This document shows, piece after piece, positions 12,451 to 23,819 of a stretch of DNA of 64,000 nucleotides. The number at the start of each line of letters is the position of its first letter. Within the stretch, counting starts at the first letter, position 1. The stretch is from Scenedesmus sp. PABB004 (lineage: Eukaryota): positions 868,001 to 932,000 of the forward strand of contig CM026548.1 in assembly GCA_014905635.1 (NCBI GenBank). Direction: 5' to 3'. Made by a program: the position numbers and the translations under genes. The notes under the pieces are model-generated. The model had not been told where the DNA came from, searched no databases, and worked only from the letters and a program-made list of their open reading frames with translations.

Positions 12451-12640
12451 CGGCAGCGGCAGCGAGGGCGCGGGGGCCGGGCGCGCGCGCGGCGGCGGCG
12501 CGGGGGTCGACCGCGAGGCGGCGCAGGCGGCGCGCAAGGAGCACAAACGCGCTGTCAAGGAGGCGGCGCGCGAGAAGCGCAAGACCAAGACGCCCAAGCA
12601 CGTCAAGAAGCACCACAAGGCCAAGAACAAGAAGAAGTGA
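8906..12640 (+). CDS. RIO1: RIO1 atypical Ser/Thr kinase (40S ribosome maturation)
   Basis: [64 protein letters not shown]-terminal [25 protein letters not shown]; 7 introns; apparent frameshift near 12351. Confidence 0.96.
10784..10916 (+). ncRNA. Intronic box H/ACA snoRNA candidate
   Basis: Two hairpins (gcccc 10784/ggggc 10837; gggaag 10853/cttccc 10904), each followed by ACA (10844, 10911); the second pocket is complementary to LSU rRNA CUACUAUCUAGCGAA. Confidence 0.72.
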
Positions 12641-13076
12641 GCCGGCGAAGGGCGGCCGGGACGCGCGGCGTGCGCGGCGCGGCGCGGCCGGCGCGGCCGG
12701 CCAGCTCTCGGCCGCGGCGGCGGCGGCGGCGACGGTGACGGGTGGGAGCCGCGTGCTCGGACTGCGCAACCGAGCTGAACGTGCGAGGGCGCGCCGCTGA
12801 GCCCCACAGACCCGGCGCGCTCGCAGCTGCCAAGCGGCCGCCGGCGCGTCCGCGGCCGCGGAATCCGCGCACCGGCCACGCACCGCACGCCGACCCGCGC
12901 GACGCGCGCCGCCCCGGACGCCGCAGGCGCCGCTCGACCGCCACCCGCCCGCCCCGCGCCCGCGATCCGAGGCCCCCCGCCCTGCCGCCGCTTGTGCAGT
13001 CGTATCATCGCAATCAACGTCACCTCGCGCGCCCGGGCGGCGCGGCGTGGCGCGAGCGCGCGGGGCGGGCGCCGCG

Positions 13077-15649
13077 ATGGCGGGCGCAGAGCTGGACATC
13101 ACGAGCCTGCCCTCGCTGGAGCGCTTCGACAGCGCGCTGCTGGACAACTACAACCGCGAGATAGGCCCGGCACCCGTGATGGACGAGGCGCAGGCGCCCT
13201 GCGACGACCTCGCGCTGCAGCGCCTCATGGTGCTCAAGCACAGCAGCTACGACGCGCAGGTGCGTCGCAAAGGGCGGTTATAGACGCCCCGGGCGCGCCC
13301 AGCGCGGCGCAGGCGCGCCGGGGCCGCGCCGGGGCCGCGCCGGGCGCCGGCGGCATGCCGACGGCGCGGGGCCGCCCGGCGCGCCACGCGCGCCTGCATG
13401 GACGGCGTGCGCGCGCCGCCGTCGTGCATTGAGTCGCCCGGAGCAGCTTTCGAGCGGCGGCGGCGCCGGCGCGGCGCCGGGCGCGGCCGCAACTGCCGCG
13501 CAACCGCCGCAACCGCCGCGCTGCGCGCGCCGCGCGCGCGCGCCCGCCGCGCGCAGGCCGCCCCCGGCGGCGCGCCCGCCGCGCCGCTGATGCTGACCAA
13601 GCTGGAGGACGTGCCACCGACGCCGGACGCCGCGCTGCGCCGCCGCGGCGCGCACCGCGCGGCCGAGCCCGAGGCGCCGGCGCCGGGCTCGCTGCAGGCC
13701 GCCGCCGCCGCGGCCGCAGCCGCGGCCGTGCCGGGGCTGGACCCGGCCGCCGCGGCGGCGCTGGCGCAGCACTACCTCGCCGCGGCGGCGTACGGCGTCG
13801 AGGGCCTGCCCGGGTCGGACCTGCTGGCCGGCCTGGGGCTCGGCGCCGCGCCGCCGCACGCCGCGCCCGCGTCCCGCACGTCCGCGTTTGCCGCCGCCGC
13901 GGGCGCGCCGTACGACGCCGGCGACGACGCCGGCGGCGACGGCGGCTGGCCCGGCGCCGAGCCGTCGCCCAGCCCCAGCAGCACGAGCGCCGGCAGCAAG
14001 CGGCGCGGCCGCGGCGCCCGCCTGGGGCACATCCTGGCGAGCGAGTGCTACGACGACGACGACGACGACGAAGAGTGGACCATGGACGAGCAGCGCCCGC
14101 GCAGGTGCGCGCCGCGCGCGCTGCCAGCGCGGCGCGGCGCGCGGCGCGCCCCGGCCGGCGCGCGGCGGCCCCGCGCCCACGCCGGTGGCGCCGCCGCGCA
14201 GCGGCACCAAGCGCGCGCGCGGCCGCGGCGCCGGCGGCGCGCGCCACGCGCACGAGGACAGCGACTATGAGGGTGAGAGGGGTTGAGGGGAGAGTGAGGC
14301 GTGCTGGCTCGCGCGCTGCGGCTGCTGCGCGCCACGCCTGCGGGCCAGCGCCGCGCGCGTGCCGCGTGCGGTGCCGAGCCCGCCGCCGCCCTCTGTGCGC
14401 GCAGTCGCGGCGGCGCTGCACGTCACGCCCGACATGGACGAGCAGACCAAGGCGGCGGTGCGGCGCGAGAAGAACCGCGAGGCCGCGCGCAAGTGCAGGC
14501 GCGCCCTGCCGCCGCTCGCGCCGCCCGCCGCGCGACTGGCGCCGCGACACCTGGCGCGACGCCCGCCGCTGCGCGCGTCCCACACGCCGCGCGCGCGGCC
14601 GCCGCCGTGCGCCGGCGCAGGGCCAAGAAGCAGAAGCTGCAGGACGACCTCAAGACCACGGCGCGCGAGCTGTACCGCAAGAACCGCGAGTACTCGGAGC
14701 AGGTGCGTGCGTTACTGACGCGTCAGTTTGAACTCCCCCCGCACGCGTTACGTTTGCCGCCGCCGCGTGGCGAGCCCCGCGCGCCGGCGCCGGCGGCGGC
14801 GGCGGCCCCCGACGCGCCCCCTGTGTCGCGGCCGGCGCGCAGGTGCAGTCGTGGCAGCGCATGTGCGTGCGCGAGGCGGGGCTGCGCCAGGCGGTGCAGC
14901 GCGTGCTCGCCGTGGTGTGGGCGGCGGGCGCGCCGCCGGCGGCGTGCGGCTACTCTGCGCAGGAGATCATCGCCGGCCTGGAGCAGGGTGCGTGCGGCGC
15001 GCCGCGGAGGGCGGGGGGAGGGGCCGCCCGGCGCGCCGCGCGCGCGGGCCCGGGGCACGGCGCCCGCGCGCCGGCCGCCCGAGCTCCCGCGCCGCGCCGC
15101 ACCGCGCCGCGCCTGCTCCGCTCAGGCTCGCTCGGCGTCGACAGCATCATCCGGGCCCTCGCCGCGCACAGCGTGCCGCACAGCGTGCCGCACGGCGTGC
15201 CGCACGGCGACGCCGGCCCGGCGATGGCGCCGGCGCACGGCGCACTCGCGGCGCCGCCGCCGCTCATGCTGCGCGGCGCGTCGCCGCCCGGCGGCGGCGC
15301 CGGCCCCGCGGCCGCGCCGCCGGCGACGCCGCACGGCGGCGCCGGCCTCGCCCGCGTTCGCGCCACGGACAGCTACGACGAGCTCACGCAGCTGCGCGGC
15401 AGCCCCGCCGCGGCGGTGTCGAGCCTCGAGTCCGCGGCGCCGCCGCCCCCGGCGGCCGCCGAGCTCTCCGCCGCCGCCACCGCGGCCGCGGCCGCCGCGC
15501 GGCTGACCGGCATGCGCTCCAGCAGCCTGGGGCTGCAGCACCTGGACCTCGCCAGCGCCATGCAGGGCGCGCCCAGCCTCGCCGCGGTGCTGGCGGGCCT
15601 GGCCGACCTCGCGCCCGGCGCCGGCGCGGGCCTCGAGGGCTGGGCCTGA
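13077..15649 (+). CDS. bZIP transcription factor
   Basis: Basic region RREKNREAARKCR|AKKQ followed by heptads LQDDLKTTARELYRKNREYSEQ|V; about 6 introns; TGA 15647-15649. Confidence 0.85.
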
Positions 15650-16836
15650 GCCGCACGCCGCACGGCTGCGCCGCCATGGGCGGCCAGGATTGAGCCGGCG
15701 CCGGCGGCACAGCGGCGGGGCGGGGGATGGGGGCCGGGGCGGGCGGGCGGGCGGCGGGCGGCGGCAGCAGGCTCTGCTGGCGGCTGGCCGCCGTGCTTGC
15801 AGGGGCGAGGAGAGGGGGGGTGAGTGTCGGGCGAGGCCGTGAGGCGGCGGGAGGCTCCTACGCCAAGTTGTCAGCCGCGACGGCGGCCGTTTGTCGCTGT
15901 TTGCCTGCTTGCCTGCTCAACTCCGCGCACGGCGGCGAGGCTCGGCCCCCGGCCCCGCTCGCTCGTGCTCGGGCGCCGTGCTCGCGCCGCGGCTGTGCCG
16001 GCCAGGGCCGAGGCTTTCCTGTTGCGCGCGCTGAGCGTGCCGTGACTGCTGCGCGCGCGCTCTCTGTGCGCTGCCGACGTTTCCACGTGTGAGGGGGCGT
16101 TTGTGGGCGGGGCACTGCCGATCCATTGCACGCTGCCGCTGCAGTGTGGGCCGCGCCGCGCGGCGGTTGCGCGTCTGGCAGCACTTGCGCGCGTTCCGGG
16201 GGCCCGTCGGCGGCACTGGTTGGTCGGCGTTTGGGCACGTTTGAGGGTTTGTGTCGGCGCGCCGCTGCCTTGCACGCGGCGCGTGCCCCGCTGCTGCCGC
16301 CGCGGCGCGCGCGCGCGCACGACTGCCTCCACGCCACTGCACGCGCGCCACAGCTGACGACGACAGCGCACACGTGTGCACACAGCTGGCGGCCAGTTCT
16401 TGGGGCGGCGCTGGGCGGCGCTGGGCACTCCACTCCACTCCACGACAGCCTGCCCGCGTCGATGCACGGGCCTGCCGCGGTCGCACAAGGTGGCGCGCTC
16501 AGGCGAGCGAAAGAGGAGGCGCGCGCGGTAAAGTTGAGTTGCGCGCTCGTCTTTCAGCGCCGGCGGCGGCGGGGCGAGGGCGGCGGCGAGCCACAGCTGC
16601 TGCTGCTGCGGCTTCTGCAAGGCGCCGGGCGGCGCGCGGCCAGGGTTCAGGGCCGCACGCAGACAAGCGCCCCAGCCGCTGGCGAGCAGCTCGAGCGCGC
16701 AACAGCGCACCGCAGCAGCCCGTGGCGCTGCACTGCTCACGGTCGATCGATCGCGGCGGCACCGGCAGGTGCGGCGCCGCCCTGTGACGGCCCGCTGGCG
16801 CTCCCAAATCACGCCGATCGGCCGACAGCGCAGCCC

Positions 16837-18393
16837 ATGCAGCTCCACAGTGCCTCAGGCGCGCAGGTGGGCGGCGAGGAGGCGGGGCGGGCTGGCCGCA
16901 CGGCGCCGTCGCCGACGAGCGCTGCTGCCGCGCGCAGGCGCTCCCGTTGCCGCGCCGGCCGGCCTGCGCGCCGCCGCTGCGCGCGGCGGCGGTGCAGGCA
17001 CAGGCGCAGGAGCAGCCTCCGGCCGACGCCGCGGCCTGGCGCGAGCGCGCGGCCGGCGCGCGGCGCGCGGCGCGGCGCGGCGGCCAGGCCGCGCGCGGCG
17101 ACGCGGCGCGGCCGGTCATCGCCGCCAGCCTGGCGCTGCTGCCGGGCTTCGGGCTCGCGGACTTTCGCTCCCTCCTGCGCCTCTGCGCCGCCGCGCGCTA
17201 CGTGCCGGACGCCGAGGCGCTGGCAGCCGCCTTCTATTCCGACACGGGCGGCCTGGAGCGCCTCCTGCCGGCGGCGGCAGAGGTGGGCGCGGCACGCGCG
17301 CGCGTGCGGCCGCCTCGCAGCGCGGCGGCCGCCGACGCGCCCGCGCCCGTGCCGGCCCCCGCGCCCAGGCGGCGCCGCGCGAGGCGGCGCACCTCCTGGC
17401 TGACCTTGGCGCCGTGCTGGCGAGCCCGACCGCGCTCGCGCTGGAGGCGCAGCGCCAGCTCGCGCTGCTGCAGCTGCAGCAGCAGCAGCTGCCCGGCTCT
17501 GGCGCAGCCGCGGAGCTCGCGGCGCTGCAGGCGGCGCTCGAGACGGCCACGCACCACGTGGCGGCCATCCGCCAGCACCGCCTGCTGGCCGGGGAGCTGT
17601 CGGCAATGGGCGGCTACTGGCTGCTGCGCCGCCTGCTGCCGCGGCTCGCGGGCGGCGGGCCGGCGCAGCGCGGCGCCGCGGCGCGCGGCTTCGGCGCGCT
17701 CGCCGCCGACAGGCTTGGCTACCGGGTGCGGCGCGGGCACGGCGCGGGTGGAGGTGGAGGAAGCGGGGCAGCGCTTGAGCAGGCGGGGGCCGGAGGAGGG
17801 GGGGGTGCCCGGGGGCGCGCCGCGCGGCGGCCCCCGCCGCTCCGCGCGTCGCCGCCGCCACGCGAGCGCATTGCCCCCGCCGCAGGTGCTCGACCCCGAG
17901 GACGCTGACCTGCTGGTGCGGCTGCTGGCCCAGCACCTGCCCGCGTGGCGCGCCGGCGAGCTCGCGGCGGCGCTGTCCGCCGCGCTGCCGTGCCTCGGCG
18001 GCGTGCCGCCGTCGCGCGGCGACGATCTCGCGCTGCTCTTTGCTGCCGCGGGGGCCGCCGCGGGCGGCATGCAGCCGAGAGAGGCGGCGCGGCTGCTGCT
18101 GGTGCTGTGTCAGCTGCCTGGCTACGCGCCAGACCCCAAGGTGGGCTGCGCCGGTGGCCGCGGCGCGCCACGCGCGGCGGCCGAGCGGGGGCGCGCCGCG
18201 CCCAGCGTCGCCGCCGCCCGCCCGCCTGCCCGCCCAGGTCGCGCAGGCGCTGCTGGACGCCGCGCTGGCGCCGCCGCTGGCCGGCAATGCGCGGTCGCTG
18301 TACGGCCTGCTGTCGGCGGCGGCGGAGCTGGGCGCCGCGCCGCGGCCGGAGCAGCTCTTGCGCGTGCAGGGCGTGCTGCAGGGCCAGCGCTGA
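16837..18393 (+). CDS. Probable organelle-targeted helical-repeat (degenerate OPR-like) protein
   Basis: Transit-peptide-like start; repeats FGLADFRSLLRLCAAARYVP, MQPREAARLLLVLCQLPGYAP, ARSLYGLLSAAAELGAAP; 4 GT-AG introns. Confidence 0.55.
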
Positions 18394-18521
18394 GCCCTGA
18401 TCGGGGCTCGGCGCAGTAACACACGTGTTCTGCGCGCAGCAGCCCTGCGAGGGGCGAGCTTTGGCGGGCGCTGTCATGCGGCGCGGTTACCCGCCAACCC
18501 GAACGCAACGACCGCGCCGCC

Positions 18522-21041
18522 TCATGGCTGCTGCTGCTCCGCGGGCGCCGCTGGCTCGGCCGGCGCGGGCGCCGCTGGCCCGGCCGGCGCCGGCGCCGCT
18601 GACTCGGCCGCCGGCGCGGGCGCGCTCGCCTCCGCCGCGGTGCCGCCGCCGCCGCCGCCCGCGGCCGGGAGCTTGAGCTTCAGCTTGTGCTTGTGCTGCC
18701 CCGCCTCGCCGCCGCCGCCGCCGCCGGGCTCGGCCGCGCCGCCGAGGCCCGGCGGCGCGTCCACCGCCATCGGCTCCACGCCGGGCAGCTGCGGCGAGCC
18801 CGGCGGCGGCGCCGCGGCCGCGCCGCCGCCGCTGGCACCGCCGCCGCCGCCGGGGCTGTCGGCCTCCGCGCCGTGCCCGTCTGCGCGCCACGCCGCAATC
18901 TCCCGCTCGTACCTGCGCGGCGGGGGCGGCAACAGGAGCGTGAGCGGCGGGGACGTGGGGGCGGCGGGCGGGGCACCGCGCCGCCGCGCCGCAGCGCCGC
19001 CGCGCGCGCCTGGCCCTGTCGTCGCCGTGCCGCGCGAGGTAGGGCGCGCGCTCGGCCTCGCTCGCGCGCCCCCACGCCTCGCCGAGCGCGCGCGAGACGT
19101 CCTGCGGCACCGCCGACGGGCCGAGCTTGGCCTTCATGCCCGCCCACTGCTCGGCGGCGTAGTAGTTGAACGCGCTCTGTGCGGGTGCCACGGGGGCGGC
19201 CACGGGGGCGGTGAGGGGCCGCCGTGCGCGGACGCGGGCGCGGCGGGCGCGGGCGCGGGCGCGGGCGACGCGCGCGCACCTTGGGCGCCTTCGGCCGCGC
19301 GGCCGCCGCGGGGTCCGCCGCGCCGCCGGGCGCCGCCGCCGACTTGCGGCGCTTCACGGCCTTCCCGCCGTCGCCGCCGCCGCCGTCCAGCCCCGCCGCG
19401 CCGGCCTCGCGCTTGACGGCGGCGCCGCCGCCGGCGCCGCCGGCCTCGCCGGCCTCGCCGCCGCGGCCGGCGCCGCGGCCGCCGCCGCCGGCCGCCGCCG
19501 CCGCCGCCACGGCGGCGGGGCAATAGAGGATGCCGCTGAAGTGCTGGCCGCCGATGGAGAGGCTCACAAAGTAGCCGCAGTCGAAGCGCGCGTCCACGCG
19601 CCCCGACACCGCCTGGCCCGTGAGGTCGCGCTTGTTCTTGCCCGACTTGACGAAGCCCACGAGGTCGGGCGGCCCGCCCGGCGCGCCGCCGGACCCGCCC
19701 GCGGCGGCGCGCTTGCGCGGCCCGCGCGGGCCGCGCGGCCGCGGGCCGCCCGGCGGCGCCGAGCCGGGCTCGCCGGCGCCTGCGCCAGGGCCGGCGCCGG
19801 CCGCGCCGGCCGCGCCGGCCGCGCCGGCCGCGCCAGCCGCGCCGCCGCCGCCGCCGCCGTCGCCGTCGCCGTCCGCCGCGCCGCCGCCGTCCGCCACGGC
19901 GCCGCCGCCGGCCGCGCGCGGCGGCACCGCGTCGCCGTCGCCGGCGTCGCCGCCGCCGCCGGACGGCGGCTCCGGCTCGTCGTCCGAGTACATCTGGCCC
20001 GCCAGGAACGCGGCGAGGCCGCTGCCGCGCTTGCTGCGCGCGGGGCGGGGGTCGCCGACGCCCGCAATCGCGGCGGCGTCGACCTCGCTGCCGCGCGCCG
20101 CGGCCGAGAGCTCGGGCGGCTCGCGCAGCGGCGTCCCGCCCGCGGCGTGGAGGTACGTCTGCTCAAAGTGCCAGAGCAGCGTGGAGTAGATGCGGCGCAG
20201 CGCGTGCATGTTGACCTTGGTGGCGAAGCCAAAGGGCTTGAGCACCTCCTGCAAACGGCGCGGCAGGCGCGGCAGCGCGAGCGGGCGCGGTCGGCGGCAC
20301 GCGGCAGCGGGCGGGCGCGGTCGGCGGCACGCAGCAGCGGGCGGGCGCGGTCGGCGCCGCGCGGCGGGCGGGGGCGGGGGCGGGCGGGCGGGCGGCGTCG
20401 CGGCGGCGCTGCCAGCGCTGCTGCTCTGTTCTGCCCTGCCCGCACCTGCCACTTGCCGCCCGCCGCGACCGCGTGCACGCCGCCGAGGCCCGCGACAGTG
20501 ACATAGAGCAGGTGAAGGTCCAGGTTGTGACCCGACACTGCAGTGCGTGGCGCGGCGCGAGGAGCGTGCGCGTGGGCGCGGGGCGTGCGCGTGGGCGCGG
20601 GGCGCGCGCGTGGGCGCGGGGCGTGCGCGGGGCGTGCGCGGGGCGGCTGCCCTCGCTGCCCCCAGGCGTCCGGCGCTGCCGCTGCGGGCGCGCGCCGCTG
20701 CCCACGCGCGGTGCAGTGCGCCGCTGCCGCCCGCCGCCGCCGCTGCCGCGCGCCGCGCCGCGCCACGCGGTCGCCGCCGCACCGATGGGCGTGCGGTGCT
20801 TGGAGGGCCGGTACTTCTTGGGGGCGCAGGTCTGCAGCTGGGCGTTGAGGTCCTGCACCAGCGCCGTGAAGAGGCCGGCGTCGGCGCAGACCTGCTCCTG
20901 GCTCGCCAGCGCCGCCGGGTACGTCGTCAGCCCCCCCTCGCTGCCCAGCACGTGCTTGCGCGCCTCGGCGCCGGCCGCCGGCGCCGCGGGCGCGGGCGGG
21001 GGCGCCTCGGCGGGCGCGGGGGCGGGCTCGGGGTCGGCCAT
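18522..21041 (-). CDS. ARID-HMG box protein (plant HMGB9/10/11/15 type)
   Basis: ARID (LDLHLLYVTVAGLGG...KWQ|EV...LRRIYSTLLWHFE), linker GQAVSGRVDARFDCGYFVSL, HMG box (RPKAPK|SAFNYY...VSRALGEAW...ERAPY...DRAR|YERE). Confidence 0.92.
20282..20357. repeat. Intronic 30-bp tandem repeat, about 2.5 copies
   Basis: cgggcgcggtcggcggcacgcggcagcggg repeated within an ARID-HMG intron. Confidence 0.75.
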
Positions 21042-21299
21042 CTCGATCAGGCCCCTGATCCGCAGGGCCGGGCGGCCGAGGCGGACGGGCGGGGCGGCGG
21101 CGGTGGCGCCCGAGCGGTGCGGCACGGCCGGGCTCGGCGCGGGAGCTCGAGGCGCGCTCGCGCCGGCGCCGCGCGGCGCCACAACCGCCGCGTCTCACGG
21201 CGCCGCCGCGCGGCGTAACAACGCCCATTCCTTGCCGCCGCTTCCCAGTTGGACAGAGGGACGCAGCAGCAGCTGCCACAGGGACGCCCCTGCAGCGCC

Positions 21300-21557
21300 A
21301 TGGCCGCCAGGCGAGCGCCGCGCCGTGGCGCTGCTGCTGCGCGTCGCTGCTCGGGGCGCCACGCCTCGCCGCCGGCCCAGCCCCCGCCCGCACGCCCCGC
21401 CGCAGGTGCCACCCGCAGCCGCAGCAGCACCGGCAGCAGCGCTGCGCCTGCCGCGCGGCTGCGTCGCGCGCGCGGCCGCCGCGCGGCGCCCGCCCCGCGC
21501 GGCAGGCGCCGGGCGGCGGCCGCGCCGCGCACTGCGCCGCGCAGCAGTCTCAGCCCC

Positions 21558-21589
<32 letters not shown>

Positions 21590-23213
21590 TCACAGCAGCA
21601 GCAGGGCGGGGCGGCGCTGGCCGAGGCGGTGCGCGCGGTGCGCGGGCGATTCGTGATCCCCGCCGACGAGGTGGCCGCGCTGCAGGCGGCGGCGGGCGTC
21701 GGCATGGACGCCCTGCTGCTCGCCATGCTCGGCGAGGCCGCGCACGCGTCGCGCTCGGCGATCTCAAACTACAAAGTCGGGTGCGTTCGGCACGCCGCGC
21801 CGCGCGCCGCGCCGCGCCGCGCCGGCCGCGAGCACGGGAGCGCGCGCGCGTGCGCCGCCTGTGATGACACCGCCGCCTGCAACGCCGCAGCGCGGTGGGT
21901 CTGGGTGGCTCCGGCGCCGTGTACCTGGGAGCCAACCTCGAGTTCCCGGGCAACGCGCTCAACCAGTCGGTGCGCCACGCCGCCCCGCCCCGCCCGCGCC
22001 CCGTCCGCGCCCCTCCCCGCGGCGGCGCGAGCCCGCCGCCGCCCCCAACAACCCGCGTGCGTGCGCGCAGGTGCACGGGGAGCAGTTTGTGCTGGCCAAC
22101 CTGCTGCTGCACCGCGAGCGCAGCCTGCACAGCCTCGCGATCAGCGCGGCGCCGTGCGGGCACTGCCGCCAGTTTTACAGCGAGCTCGCCTGCGCGGTGC
22201 GGCGGGCAGGGGAGGGCCGCGGACCCGGTCGCGCTCGCGGGCTGCGCGCGGCGCGGCGCAGGGGGGCGGCCCCGGCGCGCGTGCCGCCGACCGGCGCCGC
22301 CGCTGATCGTCGCCCGGCCGCTGCCGCGCAGGACTCTGTGCGCTTCGTGTTTGGCTACCGCGGCCACGCGGAGCCTGCGGTGTTCAGCCTTGACCAGCTG
22401 CTGCCGGCGCGGTGGGGCGCGGCCGCGGGCGCAGCCTCGCAGCTGCTGCTGCTGCGGCGGCGGCCGGCGGGCGCTCACGCGCGCCGCCCCCGGCTGCGGC
22501 GCGCGCAGGTTTGGGCCGCTCGACCTGCTCGAAGACCCCTCGGCGCCGCTGCTGCTGGAGGAGCAGCGCCACGCGCTCGCCTGGGCGCCCGCCGCGGCCG
22601 ACGCGCTCGCGGCGCGGCGCGGCGACGCGGCGTTCGTCGCCGCCGCCGACGCGGCGCTGGCGGCGGCGCAGTCGGTGCGTGCGCGTTGCTTTCTCTTTGG
22701 CGGGCGCGCTGCGCGCTGCGCGGCCCCGGCCCACCTCACCCCGCCGCGCCGCGTGCCGCGCCGCAGTCGTACGCCCCCTACACGCGCTGCCCCTCCGGCG
22801 TGGCCCTCGTCACGCGCGGCGGCGCCGTCGCGGCGGGCGGCTACGTCGAGAGCGCGGCGCACAACCCGGGCCTGCCGCCGCTGCAGGCCGCGGTCGCGGC
22901 CGGCATCATCACCGGCGCGCTCGGCTCCTACGCCGAGGTGCCGCGCCACGGCGGCGGCGGCCGGGCGCGCGCCGCGGCTGGGCGCAGGGAGGGGGCGGGC
23001 GCGCTGGCCTCGGGGCCGGGGCGTGGGCCCGCGCGCGCGCGGCCGGCCGACCGGCGTGCCGCCGCCGCCGCTGCGCCGCGCGCGCAGATCCAGGAGGTGG
23101 TCGTGGCGGAGGTCGGCGGCGGCCTGGTGTCGCACGCGCGCGCGGCGCGGGCGGTCGCGGCCAGCATCTCGCCAGACGTCGCCGTCACGGTGCTGCACGT
23201 GGCGCGGCAGTGA
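21300..23213 (+). CDS. CDA: Two-domain (plant/E. coli type) cytidine deaminase
   Basis: [31 protein letters not shown] zinc motifs, [45 protein letters not shown]; start uncertain. Confidence 0.93.
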
Positions 23214-23819
23214 CGCGGCGGCTCGCGCGCGCGGGCAGGCGGGCGGCGGGTAACGCCGACTGCTGGGGGCCGGACACGCAGCAGTTTGCCTGGTTGATTT
23301 GTCAGTCTTTCGGCGCGCGCCGCCGCCGCCGCCGCACGCGCGGCGCGCGTCGCCGCCCTCGCCGGCCCACACAGGGTGGCCGCGCTTGCTTGTGGGCTCG
23401 GGCTTGCGCCGTCATCAACGCCGACGGCGTCAGTGCTCGCAGTCTCGCATCCCCCTTCCCCCGGATGCGTTGAAAACAGATCGCCGGGCGGGGCTGCCGG
23501 TCTCGCCGCGCCAGCGGCGGCCGCCCGAGCGCCCGAAGCAGGCAGGCCTCAACGGTCGCACCGTCAACCACGCTACGCGCACAAACAAGGAGGGGCGGCG
23601 CGGCGCGGCGTGCGCTGCCGCCGCCGCGCGCGCCCCCCGCTATGGACAACAATCAACGCTCGCCCCGTCCGCCCCGGTTCGCAGCCCCTCATGCAACCCC
23701 CCGGCCGCGCAAACCGCGCCGGAGGGCGCGCGACACTGGTGGTACAGACGGCCTGCGGCGCCGCAACGCCGCCGCCACGCAAGGGGAGGGGCCTGCCCCC
23801 CCCCTCCCCCCCTGGCCCC

